Shown here in pieces: positions 47,399 to 57,377 of a stretch of 64,000 bases of DNA (positions within the stretch are counted from its first letter, which is position 1; each line of letters begins with the position of its first letter). This stretch comes from a virus (lineage: Duplodnaviria > Caudoviricetes). Under the pieces are notes generated by a model that did no database searches, was not told the origin of the DNA, and saw nothing but the letters and a program-made list of their open reading frames with translations. Position numbers and translations under genes: made by a program. The DNA lies in IMG/VR virus record IMGVR_UViG_2772190746_000001, positions 2,256 through 66,255 of that record; one strand, 5' to 3'.

Positions 47399-49923
47399 GT
47401 TGCTGCGCCGATGCCGATCTCTTTCGCCAGGCCACCTTCACGTTCGAAAGCCCGCTGCTGACCGTACTTGCCGAAGCGGGGGCGACGGGTGCTTTCCTTC
47501 CAGCCCGGAACCATACGCATGGAGCGACCGAGCGCCGCCGGCCACATCCCGGTATATTGGGCTTCTTCGCGACCCAGGCACTCGCACCAGATTTGCAGCA
47601 GACACGTCTCGTTTCGGTAGACCGGCTGGCCGTGCTCATCGAGATCGTCTTCGATGTTGCCGTTCACGATCGGCTTGCTCAGCCATTCTTCAATGCGACC
47701 GGCCATCGCGTCCTCGGTGCTTTCCACGCGCCGCGATTCTTGCAGTCTCTCGGCAGTCTCGCGAGCCTCGGCGTCAGCAAGGTACAGGGGCAGGGTGCCC
47801 TTCGGCTGCTCGGACCGCATCTTACGGTAGATATGCAGGGCCTCGGCCCAGAGCTGGTCGATGTTATCGGTCAACCGCTCCGTGTCGATCTCAGCTTCAA
47901 GGTCGCACCTAACAGGCAGAAAGCGGCGACCACCGGTGGAGTCCTTCAGGTAGACGTCGTCATTGGTCGATCCGATCAAGATGGCCTGACGATGGTACTC
48001 CTGCGCGCGCTTGGCGTAAGCTAGGCGAACCTTGTCGCTGCGGCGGCTGATGAACGCCTTCACATGGCGGACGTCGGCCTTGGTGAAGCCGCCCAACTCG
48101 TTCAATTCCACGATCCAGGCGCCCTGCAGCGTTTCTACGACCGCTTTCGTGTCGGTGACGTCGCAATCCAGTTCGGCGAACCAGTCCTTGGCGAGAACCG
48201 AGATGAAGGTCGACTTGCGCTTGCCCTGCATGCCTTCGAGGATGACGGCAGTGTCGAACTTGCAGCCGGGCTCAAAGACGCGCGCGACTGCGGCGACCAT
48301 CATGATCCGAGCGACGGTGCGATGGTAAATGTCATCGGGCGCGCCGAGGTAGTCCACGAACAACGTCTCGACCCGCTTCTGGCGATCCCATTTCAGGTTC
48401 GAAAGGTACTCGCGGACGGGGTGGAAGCAATTCTTCCGACCGACGATGTCGATAGCCGCACGAAGGTCGCGATCCGGCACCTTGATGCCGTAGCCTCCCT
48501 GCGTTTTCGGGGCCTCAATGACCGCGCGAATCGCGTTGTCCTTATCCTCGGTCCACCAGTCGCCGTTGACCTTGTCGCGCATCACCCATGAGGCACCTTC
48601 AAGCTGAAGCGTCGGCTTGGCGGCGTTGGCACGGGAGCGCTTGCTGCCCGGCTTGCCACGCTGCACGATTTCTTGGGTGAATTCGTTGAACGCAGCCACC
48701 CCGCGGGTGCGAGCGTCGTTTTCGACAATCAGCCGGAGGTTGTGGAGGTTCGCCGTGACCTTGCCGTCTTCGTTAATCGCGAAAAGCGACGTCCATGACA
48801 GTTTGGTTTCTTCTTCGCTCAGCGATCCACCGTCCCAGTCGTCGTTATTCGCGGCCGCTGGAGCAGGGGTGCCGACGAGATCGTCAAAACCCTCGCCATC
48901 GTCCGCTGCCACCGTGTCGGCACCGAGATCATCGTCCAGATCATCGAATTCGTCAGCGAGCGACCGGGCGCGAGCGTCCTGTGCCCACTGTCGCACAGTG
49001 CCCATGGTGACCGGCTGCCGCCGATTGCGACCGAAACCACGCCACCGGCGAAGGTTCGCACGGCGGAAGTCCTTGTCGACCTTCAATGAGCGTCCGGAAT
49101 ACTTGGCCCACAGGTCGAAACCTTCATCCGAGCCACCGAACTGATGGTGCAGCGCCTGGCCGATCATGATCCACTGGTCGCGATCGTCCCAGTAGCTGAC
49201 GGGCAGCACTTCGAGGTCACCTTCCAACTGCCCGGGCTTGAAGTCCAGGGGCTCACGGGCCTCGAAGGCATAGGTGGCAGTCTCGGCAGCGCCGAGCGAT
49301 TCGACGACATCGGCGGAAATTGTCGGACCGCAACCAAACGCTAGCGCATCAAGATCGAACTCACGTTCCCAGCGATATGGCATCCGCGAATCGGGGTGGA
49401 TCGAAGGCGGCATCGCAACCTGACGACTGGTGCCGAACAGGTCGATTTCCCAATCGTAGGACCAGACTTCCTTCTGACGCTGCGTGTCGAAGCGGCGATG
49501 TTTCCCCTCGGAAACGGCCAGTTTCTTGCCGAAGAACGGGCGGTCGGCGATGAAGTAGAGGTGTCGCGACTCGCCGCCCGAACCCGAGATGACGCTGGGG
49601 AGTTCGACCGGGTCGATCCCCGGGAACAGCTTCCCAAACGCTTCCCACGCTTCGTCCGCCAGATCCGGAATGCGGATGTCCAGATCGATGACGTAGAGGT
49701 AGCCGCCTTCGACAGCAGACGGTTCGCCCAGGCGCACGCCAAGGTTTGCTCCCCGGAAATGCGAGCGACGCAGCGTTTCGGCGTCGGCCACCGGGGCGTC
49801 CTGCCACTCGTCACCACCGGCGGGAGCCTTCGAACGGGCCTTCAGCCAATGCAGCGCAAAGCCGGCGTCAACCAGCGGCCCGATCGCCGCGAGAGTATTG
49901 GTATCGTGATCAGACGAAGTCAT
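47395..49923 (-). CDS. primase-polymerase/PriCT-2/VapE helicase
   Basis: NLGVR.G...IDLD prim-pol; W..IG.ALH PriCT; LEG.QG.RKST, ELNEL, STN VapE motifs. Confidence 0.92.
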   Translation of the reverse strand: MTSSDHDTNTLAAIGPLVDAGFALHWLKARSKAPAGGDEWQDAPVADAETLRRSHFRGANLGVRLGEPSAVEGGYLYVIDLDIRIPDLADEAWEAFGKLFPGIDPVELPSVISGSGGESRHLYFIADRPFFGKKLAVSEGKHRRFDTQRQKEVWSYDWEIDLFGTSRQVAMPPSIHPDSRMPYRWEREFDLDALAFGCGPTISADVVESLGAAETATYAFEAREPLDFKPGQLEGDLEVLPVSYWDDRDQWIMIGQALHHQFGGSDEGFDLWAKYSGRSLKVDKDFRRANLRRWRGFGRNRRQPVTMGTVRQWAQDARARSLADEFDDLDDDLGADTVAADDGEGFDDLVGTPAPAAANNDDWDGGSLSEEETKLSWTSLFAINEDGKVTANLHNLRLIVENDARTRGVAAFNEFTQEIVQRGKPGSKRSRANAAKPTLQLEGASWVMRDKVNGDWWTEDKDNAIRAVIEAPKTQGGYGIKVPDRDLRAAIDIVGRKNCFHPVREYLSNLKWDRQKRVETLFVDYLGAPDDIYHRTVARIMMVAAVARVFEPGCKFDTAVILEGMQGKRKSTFISVLAKDWFAELDCDVTDTKAVVETLQGAWIVELNELGGFTKADVRHVKAFISRRSDKVRLAYAKRAQEYHRQAILIGSTNDDVYLKDSTGGRRFLPVRCDLEAEIDTERLTDNIDQLWAEALHIYRKMRSEQPKGTLPLYLADAEARETAERLQESRRVESTEDAMAGRIEEWLSKPIVNGNIEDDLDEHGQPVYRNETCLLQIWCECLGREEAQYTGMWPAALGRSMRMVPGWKESTRRPRFGKYGQQRAFEREGGLAKEIGIGAAT

Positions 49924-49961
49924 GAGCCGCCTAAATTCCAGAGCCCGGAAGGGCGGTCACA

Positions 49962-50267
49962 TCAATCTGCGTAAACGTAGCGATTGAAGTCCTGGATCGT
50001 CGGCGGCTCACGCCCCACAGCAGCCAGCGCGGCAACATTGTCGGACGTGTTCGCGAGGTTGCAGAGTGCCTTCGCACTGCCGGGTGCCAGCTTACTGGCG
50101 CGCAGCCACTTGTAGACGCCTTCGCTGCTGCGCTCGATGTCGCGGCACAGCTTGCGGACGTCCAGCGCGCCGCGTGCGGTCAAGTGGCCGGGGAAGATCT
50201 GAACCAGATGCAGATACAGCGGGCTGTCGGTCCACAGGCCACGCCCGGCCGGGATGTCGTTCGTCAT
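49962..50267 (-). CDS. HTH (Cro-like) protein
   Basis: DVRKLCRDI.RS.EGVYKWLR; divergent from the replication operon. Confidence 0.65.
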   Translation of the reverse strand: MTNDIPAGRGLWTDSPLYLHLVQIFPGHLTARGALDVRKLCRDIERSSEGVYKWLRASKLAPGSAKALCNLANTSDNVAALAAVGREPPTIQDFNRYVYAD

Positions 50268-50440
50268 GTCGGGGGAACTCCGGTCTATTTGCGGCGACCT
50301 TATGACTGGCGACCCTGAAAATCAACTGTACGTGGTCACAATCACTAAAAGGTTGAAACTGTCATGAGGCTGTGGCTATATCACTGCGACTCGGCGGCAC
50401 GGTCGCCGGGACGAACTTCAGCGAAGAAGGACCACCCCAA

Positions 50441-50998
50441 ATGAGCACCCCTGCTGCCGCGCCGCTGACCATCGACGCGCTCTTTTCCTCCATCATCGCG
50501 CTGACTGCGGCGCTGAACCGTACCGCCGATAACCAGGAGCGCCTGATTGCCGGTCAGCAGGCCGCAATCGAGAAGATCGAAGGCGCGAAGACCACCACGA
50601 CCCGCGCTCGCAAGCCCAAGGACGATGCTCCGGCGGCGACCACCACCGCGACCGAAAAGGCCCCCGAAGTCGAAGCGGTGAAGTCGTTCCTGCCCGACAT
50701 CAAGACCGGTGACGGTGACGCGCTCAAGGCCCATATCCAGCCATGGCTCGGCGCCGTGGCGAAGGGCACCCCGGAAGCTGCCGAGCGTGTCGGTTTCCTC
50801 AAGGCGATCGCCGAGCACTTCGGTGTCGAGGCGAAGTTCGGCCCGCTCGCGGAAGGTGATGACCGCCTGAAGCAGACCCTGTTCTACTTCGAACGCAAGA
50901 AGGCCGGTAAGCCGGTCGACTTCAAGGTCGATTACGACTTCGACGGCGATCCCGAGCAGGAAGCCGAGGCACCGGCTGGCGACGACGACTTCGGCTGA
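50441..50998 (+). CDS. hypothetical replication-region protein with DDDFG tail
   Basis: AAGGA SD; first gene of the rightward operon. Confidence 0.7.
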   Translation: MSTPAAAPLTIDALFSSIIALTAALNRTADNQERLIAGQQAAIEKIEGAKTTTTRARKPKDDAPAATTTATEKAPEVEAVKSFLPDIKTGDGDALKAHIQPWLGAVAKGTPEAAERVGFLKAIAEHFGVEAKFGPLAEGDDRLKQTLFYFERKKAGKPVDFKVDYDFDGDPEQEAEAPAGDDDFG

Positions 50999-51012
50999 TC
51001 AGCCCCCGGCGA

Positions 51013-51035
51013 CCGGGCGGCTTCGTGCCGCCCGG
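51013..51035 (+). terminator. GC hairpin
   Basis: CCGGGCGGC-TTCGT-GCCGCCCGG. Confidence 0.55.
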
Positions 51036-51110
51036 CGTTCCGGTGGACCGTGGGAGGTCCCGCCCCCCTCCCCCTACCTTCCACGGTCTTCCCGAACGAC
51101 GGAGCCAACT

Positions 51111-52298
51111 GTGATCCCTGACGACATCCCGGCACACTCGGAACACGGGCCATCGTCGGCAGAGGGGTGGTTTAACTGCGCTGACTACATCAATGCCAAC
51201 CGCGGACTCCCGGACGACCAGTCATGGGAAGCCGCCGAAGGAACGTTCGCGCACATCATCTCGGACGAATGTCTGTCGGACGGCACTGACGCAGATAGTT
51301 ACATCGGTCGCACGGAAACCGTAGGTCGTTGGGACTTCACCTGGACCGAAGACGACGCAATGCTCTTGCAGCACGGCATCGACTGGCTGCGATCGAACCC
51401 CGGCTCGTTCTACAGCGAGCAGCGCGTTGAGATCACGCAATGGGTAGGTCTGGACAGCCACGGGAGGCGCCAGTTTGGCACGCTCGACCGGGCTGTGATC
51501 ACCGACGAGTTCTGCATCATCTCTGACCTGAAGTGGGGAAGGGGAGTTCCGGTCCGGCCGGAGCGCAACAAGCAGTTGATGCTGTACGCGCTGGCATTCT
51601 ACGAGGCGTACAAGCCGGAAATTCGAGACTTTGTCATCCACATTGATCAGCCCCGCCACATGGGCGGCGGCGGTCGCTGGGAATGCACACTCGACGATCT
51701 CCTAGCCTTCGGCGAAGAAGTCCGCCGCGCAGCAGACGCGACCCGGCAGCCCAACCCGCCGCGAACGGCAACCGAGAAGGGTTGCATGTGGTGTCGCCGG
51801 AAGAATGCGCCCGGCGGCTGTGGCACCTTGGATGAGTACGTGCTGCGCCTGCTGCAAATGGAGTTCGACGACTTGGATGCGCCCGCATTGACCCTGCCGA
51901 CCGGCTTGACGCCCGAGCGCCGCCGCACGCTGTTCGACCACCGCAAGATGATCGAGACCTGGCTGGAGCGGAACGACGCCGAACTGTTCGAGCGTGGCTT
52001 GGCGGGTGATCCGACCGGCGGCCTGAAGATCATTGAAGGTCGCAAGGACGCCGACCGCTGGGAAGATGAAAAGGGTGCGGCTCAGATTGCCGTGACTGGC
52101 GTTTTGCGTGAGAATTGTTTCACTCAAAAGTTGATTTCACCAACTCAGGTGAGTAAGAGAGTCCATCCGGACAGCTTCGATTGGCTTCTCATCGAACCGC
52201 ACATCAAGCGCGGCAAGAGGAAGCTGACGTTGGTGCCCGAGGAAGACGACCGGCCGGCAGTCACCTCTGCCGCCGAGTTCGAGGATCTGGATGACTGA
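51111..52298 (+). CDS. DUF2800 PD-(D/E)xK (Cas4-like) exonuclease
   Basis: HS..GPSSAE.W..C, EGT.AH, GTLD, DLKWGRG, QLMLYAL, C.WC. Confidence 0.9.
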   Translation: MIPDDIPAHSEHGPSSAEGWFNCADYINANRGLPDDQSWEAAEGTFAHIISDECLSDGTDADSYIGRTETVGRWDFTWTEDDAMLLQHGIDWLRSNPGSFYSEQRVEITQWVGLDSHGRRQFGTLDRAVITDEFCIISDLKWGRGVPVRPERNKQLMLYALAFYEAYKPEIRDFVIHIDQPRHMGGGGRWECTLDDLLAFGEEVRRAADATRQPNPPRTATEKGCMWCRRKNAPGGCGTLDEYVLRLLQMEFDDLDAPALTLPTGLTPERRRTLFDHRKMIETWLERNDAELFERGLAGDPTGGLKIIEGRKDADRWEDEKGAAQIAVTGVLRENCFTQKLISPTQVSKRVHPDSFDWLLIEPHIKRGKRKLTLVPEEDDRPAVTSAAEFEDLDD

Positions 52299-52335
52299 TC
52301 CTCTTTGGTAACTGGGCAACTGGAGCAACTGGAAA

Positions 52336-53055
52336 ATGAGCACCGAGGAAAAGAAGGACGACGGCCGCACAGTCATGCTGAAAGGCGTGCCGATCTCGTT
52401 CACGGATTCCCTGAAAGACGCCAAGCCGACCGTGAAGGATGGGGTGCCCAAGCATGGGTGTAACATCCTCATCGTCGCCGGTTCGCCCAACGAGGCTGCG
52501 AACAAGGCAAAGATCATGTCTGCAATGCGGGCTGCGTGCCGCATGGAGTTCGGCGACGAGCGGGAAGACTTCTTCAAGGTCATCTCCGAGGACGATCCGA
52601 AGCGCGTCGCATACCGGAAGGGTGAGCGCTTCAAGAACAGCGAGACCCAGGAAGTCTACAAGGGTTACGCAGGCAACATGGTCGTCGCAGGCTACGGCCC
52701 CGGCGGCAGCAAGAACCCCCGTCGCCCGAAGCTGTTCAACCGCCGCCGCAAGCAGCTCGACGAGATCAACCCGGCGACCGAAAAGCCATTCTTCACGCTC
52801 AACGATGTCCCGGAAATCTTCTACTCCGGCTGTCTGAGCGACGTAAAGGTGTCGTTCTACGCGACCTCGCACAAGGACCAGGGCGGCAACGGCCTGTTCT
52901 GCACCATCGAAGCGATCCGCAGCCACGAAGAAGGTGAGCGCATGGCCGGCGGCTCCGTCCAGACCAGCGCCGACGAATTCGACGACCTGGACGATGACGA
53001 CGACATCGGCGGTGCTTCGACCACCACGGCAGCAGCCGACGACGACTTCGGCTGA
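52336..53055 (+). CDS. DUF2815 ssDNA-binding protein
   Basis: OB-fold-like, FYSGC..DV.V.FY, acidic C-tail. Confidence 0.82.
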   Translation: MSTEEKKDDGRTVMLKGVPISFTDSLKDAKPTVKDGVPKHGCNILIVAGSPNEAANKAKIMSAMRAACRMEFGDEREDFFKVISEDDPKRVAYRKGERFKNSETQEVYKGYAGNMVVAGYGPGGSKNPRRPKLFNRRRKQLDEINPATEKPFFTLNDVPEIFYSGCLSDVKVSFYATSHKDQGGNGLFCTIEAIRSHEEGERMAGGSVQTSADEFDDLDDDDDIGGASTTTAAADDDFG

Positions 53056-53068
53056 TCAGCGGCGAAAC

Positions 53069-53092
53069 ACCGGGTGGCTTCGGCTGCCCGGT
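53069..53092 (+). terminator. cUUCGg hairpin
   Basis: ACCGGGTGGC-TTCG-GCTGCCCGGT. Confidence 0.55.
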
Positions 53093-53113
53093 GAATCAAC
53101 TAATAGGTGATTT

Positions 53114-53518
53114 TTGTTGCGCAAAGTGTGTCCGATCTGCCAGTTGCGGAAGCCGCTTGAGGCGTTTCATCGCCAAGCTAGCGGTAAGTTCGGGCGTCAT
53201 TCGTACTGCGCTACCTGCGCTTGTGCGAAACAGCGGGCTTCGCGCACGAGAAACTATTCGGCTGAGCAAAAACGACGTTGGCAGCTGCGCACGCGATACA
53301 ATTTGAGCCCTGCCCAAGTCGCCGAGATGACCGAGCGTCAGGGAAACAAGTGTAAGATTTGCCGGGTCGAGCTGACCAAGTTCCATATCGACCACTGCCA
53401 CAAGACCAACAAAGTCCGCGGACTGCTCTGTCATCGGTGCAATATTCGGCTTGCCGCCCTGGATGACGCTGAGTGGCACGCGAGCGCCCTGCAGTATCTC
53501 AAGGATGCTGCGGCATGA
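53114..53518 (+). CDS. endonuclease VII-type HNH nuclease
   Basis: RYNL...Q..C.IC...HIDHCH.T.KVRGLLC..CN. Confidence 0.85.
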   Translation: MLRKVCPICQLRKPLEAFHRQASGKFGRHSYCATCACAKQRASRTRNYSAEQKRRWQLRTRYNLSPAQVAEMTERQGNKCKICRVELTKFHIDHCHKTNKVRGLLCHRCNIRLAALDDAEWHASALQYLKDAAA

Positions 53519-55266
53519 TCCGCTTCGGTTCGGTGTGCAGCGGAATAGAGGCTGCCAGCGTAGCGTGGCATCCGCTGGGATGGCGCGCGGCATGGTTCGC
53601 GGAGGTCGATCGTGCCGCCAGCGAAGTGCTCGCCCACCGTTTTCCGGATGTGCCCAACTACGGCGACATGACCCTGCTGGCGGGGATGGTGCGTCGCCGT
53701 GAAATAGAGGCACCCGATGTACTGGTCGGCGGAACTCCGTGCCAAAGTTTCAGTGTCGCAGGCTTGCGTGGAGGTCTTCAGGATGCCCGCGGCCAGCTCA
53801 CCATCGCATTCATTGATCTCGCCAACGCAATCGATGAAATCCGCATCCCAGATCGCATGCCTCCGGTCATCGTGGTTTGGGAAAATGTTCCGGGAATCCT
53901 GACACATGCAGACAATCCACTCGGCTGCTTTCTTGCCGGGCTTGCCGGCGATGACGAAGCTCTTGAGCCTGGCCCACGACCTGACGACGGACGGTCCGCT
54001 GCCTACTGGACATGGGATAAAAAAGCCCGTCACCACCGTGCGAAGTGGCCGAACTCAGGTGCTGCTTGTGGACCCCAGAGGGCAGTCGCGTGGCGCATCC
54101 TCAATGCCGAATTCTTCGGACTGGCCCAACGACGCCGTCGTGTGTTCGCTGTCGCAAGTGCTCGTCCGGGATTCGATCCCACAGGGGTACTTCTTGAGTT
54201 CGAAGGCGTGCGCCGGGATACTGCGCCGCGCCGAGAAGCGGGGGAAGGACTTACCCATCCCGTTGCTCCTTGCCTTACGAGCAGTGGCAGGGGAGTCGAG
54301 CGAACCGGAGACACCCGCGGTCAAGACGCCGTCGTCGCTGTCATCGACGACGGCGGGCGAGTTCGAGGCGCTGCTGGGGTAGGCTTCGCCATCCCAACAT
54401 GGTGGGATGGGCGAGATGTGTCCCAGACGCTCGACGCTGTGCTGCACAAGGGGCAGACCATGCCCGAGAAGAACCGCTTCCCGGCGGTTCTGCAGCCGAT
54501 CGCGTTCAGCACCAAGGATTACGGCGGTGACGCAGCGTCGGAGAAAGATCCGACGCTGCGTTCGATGGGGCACTCAGGTTCGCACGCGAACGGCGGCGGG
54601 CAGATCGGCGTCGCCTATGCTTTCCAACCTCGCATTGCGCGCAACGGCCGCGGGGACATGGGGGATTGCGTCAACGCGCTGACCGCGCAGGCTGGTGAAA
54701 CGGGCAAGGGCGACGCAGCGCCCTGCGTCGCCTACGAAGTTACGCCGTTCGACACGACCCAGATCACCAGCCCCGGCAACTACAGCAACCCGCAGCCGGG
54801 TGACCCGTGCCACCCGCTCGCCGCCGGCGCTCATCCCCCGGCAGTGTGCGTCACGGGGACCGTGACGCACACTCTCAAGGCCGAAGGCTTCGACGCTTCG
54901 GAGGACGGCACCGGGCGCGGGCAACCGATTGTCGTTCACGGAACACAAGACCCTTGCGTCGGAGAGATCGCCTTCGCGCTCGGTCGCAACAATGGCGGGG
55001 AGAATGTCATTCTCCCCGCCACCAGAATGGCCGTCCGTCGCCTGATGCCGGTTGAGTGTGAACGCCTGCAGGGATTCCCGGACGGATGGACTGACGTGCC
55101 CGCTGGCAAGTCGCGCAAACCTGCCGCTGACGGTCCTCGCTACAAGCAGCTCGGGAACTCGATGGCGACGAACGTGATGGCCTGGATCGGCCGCCGCATC
55201 GCCGCGCAGCTTGGCAGCAACGGCGGCCCGCCGCTCGACGACGAATTCGAGGCGCTGCTGGGATGA
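53515..55266 (+). CDS. C5 cytosine DNA methyltransferase (main polypeptide)
   Basis: CSGIEAA (motif I), GGTPCQSFS (IV), WENVPG (VI), QRRRRVF (VIII), RRL.P.ECERLQGFP...GNS (X). Confidence 0.93.
   Translation: MIRFGSVCSGIEAASVAWHPLGWRAAWFAEVDRAASEVLAHRFPDVPNYGDMTLLAGMVRRREIEAPDVLVGGTPCQSFSVAGLRGGLQDARGQLTIAFIDLANAIDEIRIPDRMPPVIVVWENVPGILTHADNPLGCFLAGLAGDDEALEPGPRPDDGRSAAYWTWDKKARHHRAKWPNSGAACGPQRAVAWRILNAEFFGLAQRRRRVFAVASARPGFDPTGVLLEFEGVRRDTAPRREAGEGLTHPVAPCLTSSGRGVERTGDTRGQDAVVAVIDDGGRVRGAAGVGFAIPTWWDGRDVSQTLDAVLHKGQTMPEKNRFPAVLQPIAFSTKDYGGDAASEKDPTLRSMGHSGSHANGGGQIGVAYAFQPRIARNGRGDMGDCVNALTAQAGETGKGDAAPCVAYEVTPFDTTQITSPGNYSNPQPGDPCHPLAAGAHPPAVCVTGTVTHTLKAEGFDASEDGTGRGQPIVVHGTQDPCVGEIAFALGRNNGGENVILPATRMAVRRLMPVECERLQGFPDGWTDVPAGKSRKPAADGPRYKQLGNSMATNVMAWIGRRIAAQLGSNGGPPLDDEFEALLG
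53906..54382 (+). CDS. overlapping-frame methyltransferase beta-like polypeptide (start uncertain: 53906, 53951 or 54104)
   Basis: CSLSQVL...YFLS..ACAGILRRAEKRGK resembles motif IX/EcoHK31I beta; ends EFEALLG. Confidence 0.65.
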   Translation: MQTIHSAAFLPGLPAMTKLLSLAHDLTTDGPLPTGHGIKKPVTTVRSGRTQVLLVDPRGQSRGASSMPNSSDWPNDAVVCSLSQVLVRDSIPQGYFLSSKACAGILRRAEKRGKDLPIPLLLALRAVAGESSEPETPAVKTPSSLSSTTAGEFEALLG

Positions 55267-57332
55267 GCTTCTTCGATCCCGCCCGCACACTGATCGTCGA
55301 CACCGAATGCGTGGCGAACTTCTGGTCGATCGGTTTCCGCCGAGTCAGCGACGCCAAGACGCTCATCATCGAGCATTCCGAGCGGCGTCCGATGACCGAG
55401 GCGCAGCAACTGCGCATCCGTAATCTGATCATGAACAACACTATCGTGACGTACAACGGCATCGGGTACGACATGATCATGATCTTCCTGGCGGCGGCCG
55501 GGGCGTCGAACGCCGAACTCAAGGCGGCAAACGACAAGATCATCGTCGGCGGCATGAAATACTGGCACGCCCGCGACCTGCTGGGCGTCGAGGTTCCGCG
55601 CGACTGCTTCCTACGGAAAGACGGCAGCCAGACCGAAGGGCTTCACCACTTCGACCTGATGGAGCCGCAGCCCAACGCTCGTGCGTCGCTCAAGACGCTG
55701 CAGGGACGCTTGCACGGCCGGAAGATGCAGGAAGTCGAGTGGGTGGACCGTCCGTTCACCTACGAGGAAATGGACCAGACGCTCGCCTACATGGGGAACG
55801 ACCTCGAGGCGACGCACAACGTCTTCGACGCACTGATCGAGCCGCTGGCGCTCCGGGACACGTTCAGCCGGGAATACGGCATCAACCTGATGTCGAAATC
55901 CGACGCCCAGATGGGCGAGGCGATCATCAAGCGGCGCGTCGAGCAGGAGACCGGTGAAAAGGTCTTCAAGGTCGAGACGCCACCGGGCACCACGTTCAAG
56001 TTCAAGGCGCCGGAGTACCTTCAGTTTGAGCCTGGCAGCGAGCTGTCGGCCATCTTCGAGCGGGTCAAGCAGACCGACTTCATGGTCCTGCCGAATGGCA
56101 AGGTCGAACTGCCGGAGTGGCTGTCGGATCGCACCATCGACATCGGCGTGTCCAAGTATCAGATGGGCATCGGCGGCCTTCACTCGACCGAGAAGAACCG
56201 CTCCGTCCACGCGGACGACGAGTTCGCCTTGGTCGACTTCGACGTGGCGTCCTACTATCCTCGTATCATCATCAATTCGGGTCTGTACCCGAAGGCCCTC
56301 GGTCCTGCATTCCTCAAAGTTTTCAGCGCAATCGCCGATGAACGCCTGGGCGCAAAACAGCGTATCAAGGCGATCGACGAGGAGCTGAAGTCCAGCACCA
56401 GTCTCACGGCTCCCGCGCTGAATGCCGAGCGCGCCCGCGTCAGGGCGGTCGAAGCCGGACTGAAGATTGCACTGAACGGCACGTTCGGGAAGTTGGGCAG
56501 CCCATACTCGGTGCTCTACGCACCTCATCTGCTGATCACCACGACGCTGACCGGCCAGTTCGCCCTGCTGATGCTGATCCAGCGCGCAGAGGCGATGGGC
56601 ATCTCAATCGTCTCGGCGAACACGGACGGTGTCGTCATGCGGATTCCACGCAGCATGATCGGTCCTATCAAGCGCGACCGGGTCACCGAAGGTGCGGTCA
56701 AGAATCTCATCGAGCAGTGGGAGGTCGACACCGGCTTCGTCATGGAAGCCACGCCGTACCGGTCGATCTTCAACCGTTCGGTCAACGACTACATCGCCAT
56801 CAAGGAAGACGGTGCGGTCAAGTGGAAGGGTGTCGTCGCAAACCCTTGGCGCTCGGGGGATGGGTTCAAGCCGGACCTGCGCGGCCAGCTGATGAAGAAC
56901 CCCCAGATGCCGATCATCGCGAATGCCGTGGTCGACCACATCACCAAGGGGACGCCGCTCGAAGAGACGATCCGTAGCGGCACCGACGTGCGCGACTTCA
57001 TCACCGTGGTGAACGTGCAGGGCGGGGGCACCTGGCGCGGGGAATTTTTGGGAAAGGTCGTCCGTTATTACTGGGCGCACGGCGGCGAGGAGATCCTGCG
57101 TGCCAAGCCGCATGAGCGGACCGGCAACTTCGCGAAGGTCTCCAAGACGGATGGCTGCCGGCCGTTGATGGAACTCACCGGCGAGTTCCCGCCGGACGTC
57201 GATTACGAGACGTACATCCAGGCTGCCCGTGAAGTCCTGATGGATATCGGGTTCAACGAGCGCCCGCCAGCAGTAAAGCCGCTGCGGGTCTACAAATACA
57301 ACGCGATCGGTTGGTTCGCGGTCGCGGCATGA
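55263..57332 (+). CDS. family B-type DNA polymerase with 3'-5' exonuclease
   Basis: VDTEC, YNG..YD exonuclease; DFDVASYYP (A), K.ALNGTFGK (B), NTDG (C). Confidence 0.9.
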   Translation: MSFFDPARTLIVDTECVANFWSIGFRRVSDAKTLIIEHSERRPMTEAQQLRIRNLIMNNTIVTYNGIGYDMIMIFLAAAGASNAELKAANDKIIVGGMKYWHARDLLGVEVPRDCFLRKDGSQTEGLHHFDLMEPQPNARASLKTLQGRLHGRKMQEVEWVDRPFTYEEMDQTLAYMGNDLEATHNVFDALIEPLALRDTFSREYGINLMSKSDAQMGEAIIKRRVEQETGEKVFKVETPPGTTFKFKAPEYLQFEPGSELSAIFERVKQTDFMVLPNGKVELPEWLSDRTIDIGVSKYQMGIGGLHSTEKNRSVHADDEFALVDFDVASYYPRIIINSGLYPKALGPAFLKVFSAIADERLGAKQRIKAIDEELKSSTSLTAPALNAERARVRAVEAGLKIALNGTFGKLGSPYSVLYAPHLLITTTLTGQFALLMLIQRAEAMGISIVSANTDGVVMRIPRSMIGPIKRDRVTEGAVKNLIEQWEVDTGFVMEATPYRSIFNRSVNDYIAIKEDGAVKWKGVVANPWRSGDGFKPDLRGQLMKNPQMPIIANAVVDHITKGTPLEETIRSGTDVRDFITVVNVQGGGTWRGEFLGKVVRYYWAHGGEEILRAKPHERTGNFAKVSKTDGCRPLMELTGEFPPDVDYETYIQAAREVLMDIGFNERPPAVKPLRVYKYNAIGWFAVAA

Positions 57333-57377
57333 AATTTAAATCAATCATTAAATGAAAATCAATCACGAGGTGTGCAC

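Noticed and set aside
51111-52298. Cas4 as evidence of a CRISPR system
   Set aside because: It is a DUF2800 phage exonuclease in its usual replication context, with no other cas genes
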